Assembly (NCBI RefSeq): GCF_004010195.1
Contig: NC_057718.1
Location: 34,800,723-34,864,722 of the forward strand
From: Chiloscyllium plagiosum
Taxonomy: Eukaryota
DNA length: 64,000 nt
Direction: 5' to 3'
Part shown: positions 61,926 through 64,000 of the stretch, piece after piece
Layout of the letters: each line of letters begins with the position of its first letter
Numbering within the stretch: the first letter of the stretch is position 1
Notes under the pieces: generated by a model
Told to the model about the DNA's origin: nothing
Database searches by the model: none
What the model saw: only the letters and a program-made list of their open reading frames with translations
Made by a program: the position numbers and the translations under genes

Positions 61926-64000
61926 GATCCCATGTCCCCAGAGATCGAACCACAGTCACACAGGCACTACTGAGCCAAGAGTGACTAAGCCTGTTTGGCA
62001 GATACTCCAGTGGTATGTTATCTCTCTGCCTGGTTTCTCTCACCCACTTTACCATTTGCCCAGTAGAGAATGACCAGAGGTTTTGGAAGCTGCTAAAGTA
62101 GAAGTTGCTGTGGATTTGCAAAGCTCACTAGATCGATACATATGAAGCTTTCAGAAGGGATAATGTGGGCACTCCAGGCTGGATAGGTGACATGTATCAA
62201 TGAAGAGAGAGAGAAAATTCTATCTGAAATTCTCTTAATTGTCCCCCCCCCCCTCCCCCTTTTCACAGAATACAGTCTGAGGAGAGGATCTGAGTAAGTC
62301 CTGTCTCCACCTCCACTCCATTAGGAGTGGGTCTGTTGGATTTTCCTAAGACAGTCTGGACAGAGTCTGTAGAAGTCAGATGCCCTCCCATAAACTTTAC
62401 AAAATCCATTGGGTTCATGTTCCGAAGATGTTTGTGGCCAACAAACCTCAAACAGCATGCCATTATATCTGATGTCAACATCAGATGTAAGATACGCTTG
62501 GATTTGTTCAAAAGTTATGGCTTCTTATTAATCAGTTGAAAGAGCAAAGGAAAACATATATCAGATTTTACTCTAGAACTCCTCCCCCTGCAACAAACAT
62601 GCTGCAATAACTCAAACGGAATAAAGCACTGTTCGTCGCGAATACATAGCATTAAATCATTCTCAATAAATCAAGGCTTTTGCAAGCAAGCCACAGAAAA
62701 GTTTTTTTTCTACTCTGAAGACCCAATTGTAAGTCCCTGCTCCAATCCAGCACTCCTCACCATGTCCAGAAAGAATGGAATATTTCAACTTGTAACTTAT
62801 TGGCAGTACGGCACTCAATAGGTATATATGCACCATGTGATGTAGCCAGCTTTGTCAAACAGACCTCGAAACACAAGGAGAATATCAGGGAGACTGACCA
62901 GAAGTTAAACTCATTTAATTGTTTATTAAAACTTTCAAAGCAAGCATTTCTGCTTCGCTGGTTTCCATAAAGATTCTTTAGGTTTAATTTGCCCCAGGAT
63001 TCTAATGTCTATCTCAAAGCAATTTTCCAGCCTCCCTCCTCCATATCTCATCTATCTCCTTCATTTATGCTGCTGCAAAAGATTCCTGCAATGTTCACTC
63101 ACTACCATCCACTAAAGCCATGCCATTAACAATAAAGCTTGGGTGGGAGTCAGGCCCAACCAGTTGAAATACAATGCAGGAGTTCAAATGACTCAGGCCC
63201 CTTTTTAACAGATCTCAGGTTTATCTGCTCACCACATGCCCCCACTTAAAAATCTCAGATCAAATTTTCTTTCTTTTTCTCATACCTCTTTCAAAGACTC
63301 TCATCCTCGTGGTCAAATCTCTTTGTCTTTTCATTGTACTTAGGTCAAAAGTGGAAGGTCTGCATCAAATTGTTTGATGAGGGCAAAAGACGCAAGCAAA
63401 ACACATTGGAAATTCCTTCATCACCTTATGAAGGTTAAAGTTGGGATGATTGATATAAAACATGGCCTTAGCACATCCTTACAATGAAGCAGATTAAGTT
63501 AATTGGGAATTGTTACCTTTAAGGCATATATTTTATAGATCGGTTTTACTTTGCAAGCATATTGAATACATGTGCAGATGACTGTTATGTTTTGGAAGCC
63601 TTTAAGACACAACTAAATGTGTTGTCTATTAGTACACATTTTACAACTCTTGCCGACTGATCGAGTCCTTGATCAGATATGTCTGCTGTCTTGTGGTTGG
63701 ACTTTCTTCTGCTGTTAGCAGCTGCTGCCTGCATTCTTCCTGCTCAATGAAAGAAACAGCAACATGATATATAAGATACAGCAGGCAGTTATAAATCTGG
63801 ATGTCTTAGAAATGCTGTACTGTCTACCTTCGAAACTTGCGTTCTTTACTTCCAAGACCAATGCAGGATGATCATTAGGATACCCAAATCTTATTTAAAG
63901 TGAGCTCAGGTTCAGGATCTCTAGCTAATACCAACCAATGATAAATGAGGTGCGGCATGAAGAAGGTGATAGCAGTTACAATAAAGATAGCCCCAGGAAA

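Larger units (their letters stand above)
59670..64000 (-). pseudogene. Endogenous viral element: decayed replicase of an alphavirus-like-superfamily +ssRNA virus (methyltransferase-guanylyltransferase, Y region, SF1 helicase, possible RdRp start)
   Basis: Collinear degenerate motifs FP..MPHLIYH, CIGLGSK, IYNCLLYLIYHVAVSF, LCLKGFQN, MCFACVFCP, TLESWG, EAITFEQIQAYLTSDVDIRYNGMLFEVCW, INGPVMIGIG, VLVPT, TLKCP, QQLV/FTQE, AQGS and IIVCSHFTINMLI. Many stops and frameshifts. Confidence 0.75.

Noticed and set aside
63855..63890. PNDHPAL resembling alphavirus nsP1 PNDHA
   Set aside because: It is in a different frame overlapping CIGLGSK. The upstream MPH has the correct spacing, so this is treated as coincidence.
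1..64000. CRISPR array or prokaryotic operon; short 60-130 aa ORFs as genes
   Set aside because: No repeat-spacer periodicity or operon-like density. Most short ORFs fall in SINE, LINE or Penelope sequence or are of chance length.

Overview
Repeat-dense vertebrate DNA with no host protein-coding gene that I can support. The repeat set points to a cartilaginous fish, probably a shark: HE1-type V-SINEs with (TAGAT)n/(TCTAA)n tails, CR1 LINEs, Penelope-like fold-backs and Deu-type SINEs. Much of the window is transposable-element debris, including many CR1 copies (one near full length with SGNH-esterase ORF1 and EN/RT ORF2, 34385-38160), Penelope-like elements carrying hammerhead-ribozyme cores, a clean 770-bp solo LTR and a TA-flanked MITE. 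There are two assembly gaps. The main finding is the last ~4.3 kb (about 59670-64000, minus strand, continuing past the window edge). Manual translation through stops and frameshifts gives, in the correct order, degenerate motifs of an alphavirus-like-superfamily (Alsuviricetes; hepe/beny/virga-like) replicase. These are the methyltransferase-guanylyltransferase with its Y region, superfamily-1 helicase motifs I-VI, and a possible start of the RdRp. This looks like an old endogenous +ssRNA virus element. It sits next to a same-strand Gypsy relic (Gag knuckle, protease, integrase zinc-binding region) that lacks RT and RNase H. All family assignments come from motif recall, not database searches. 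Boundaries are approximate unless a target-site duplication (TSD) is cited.
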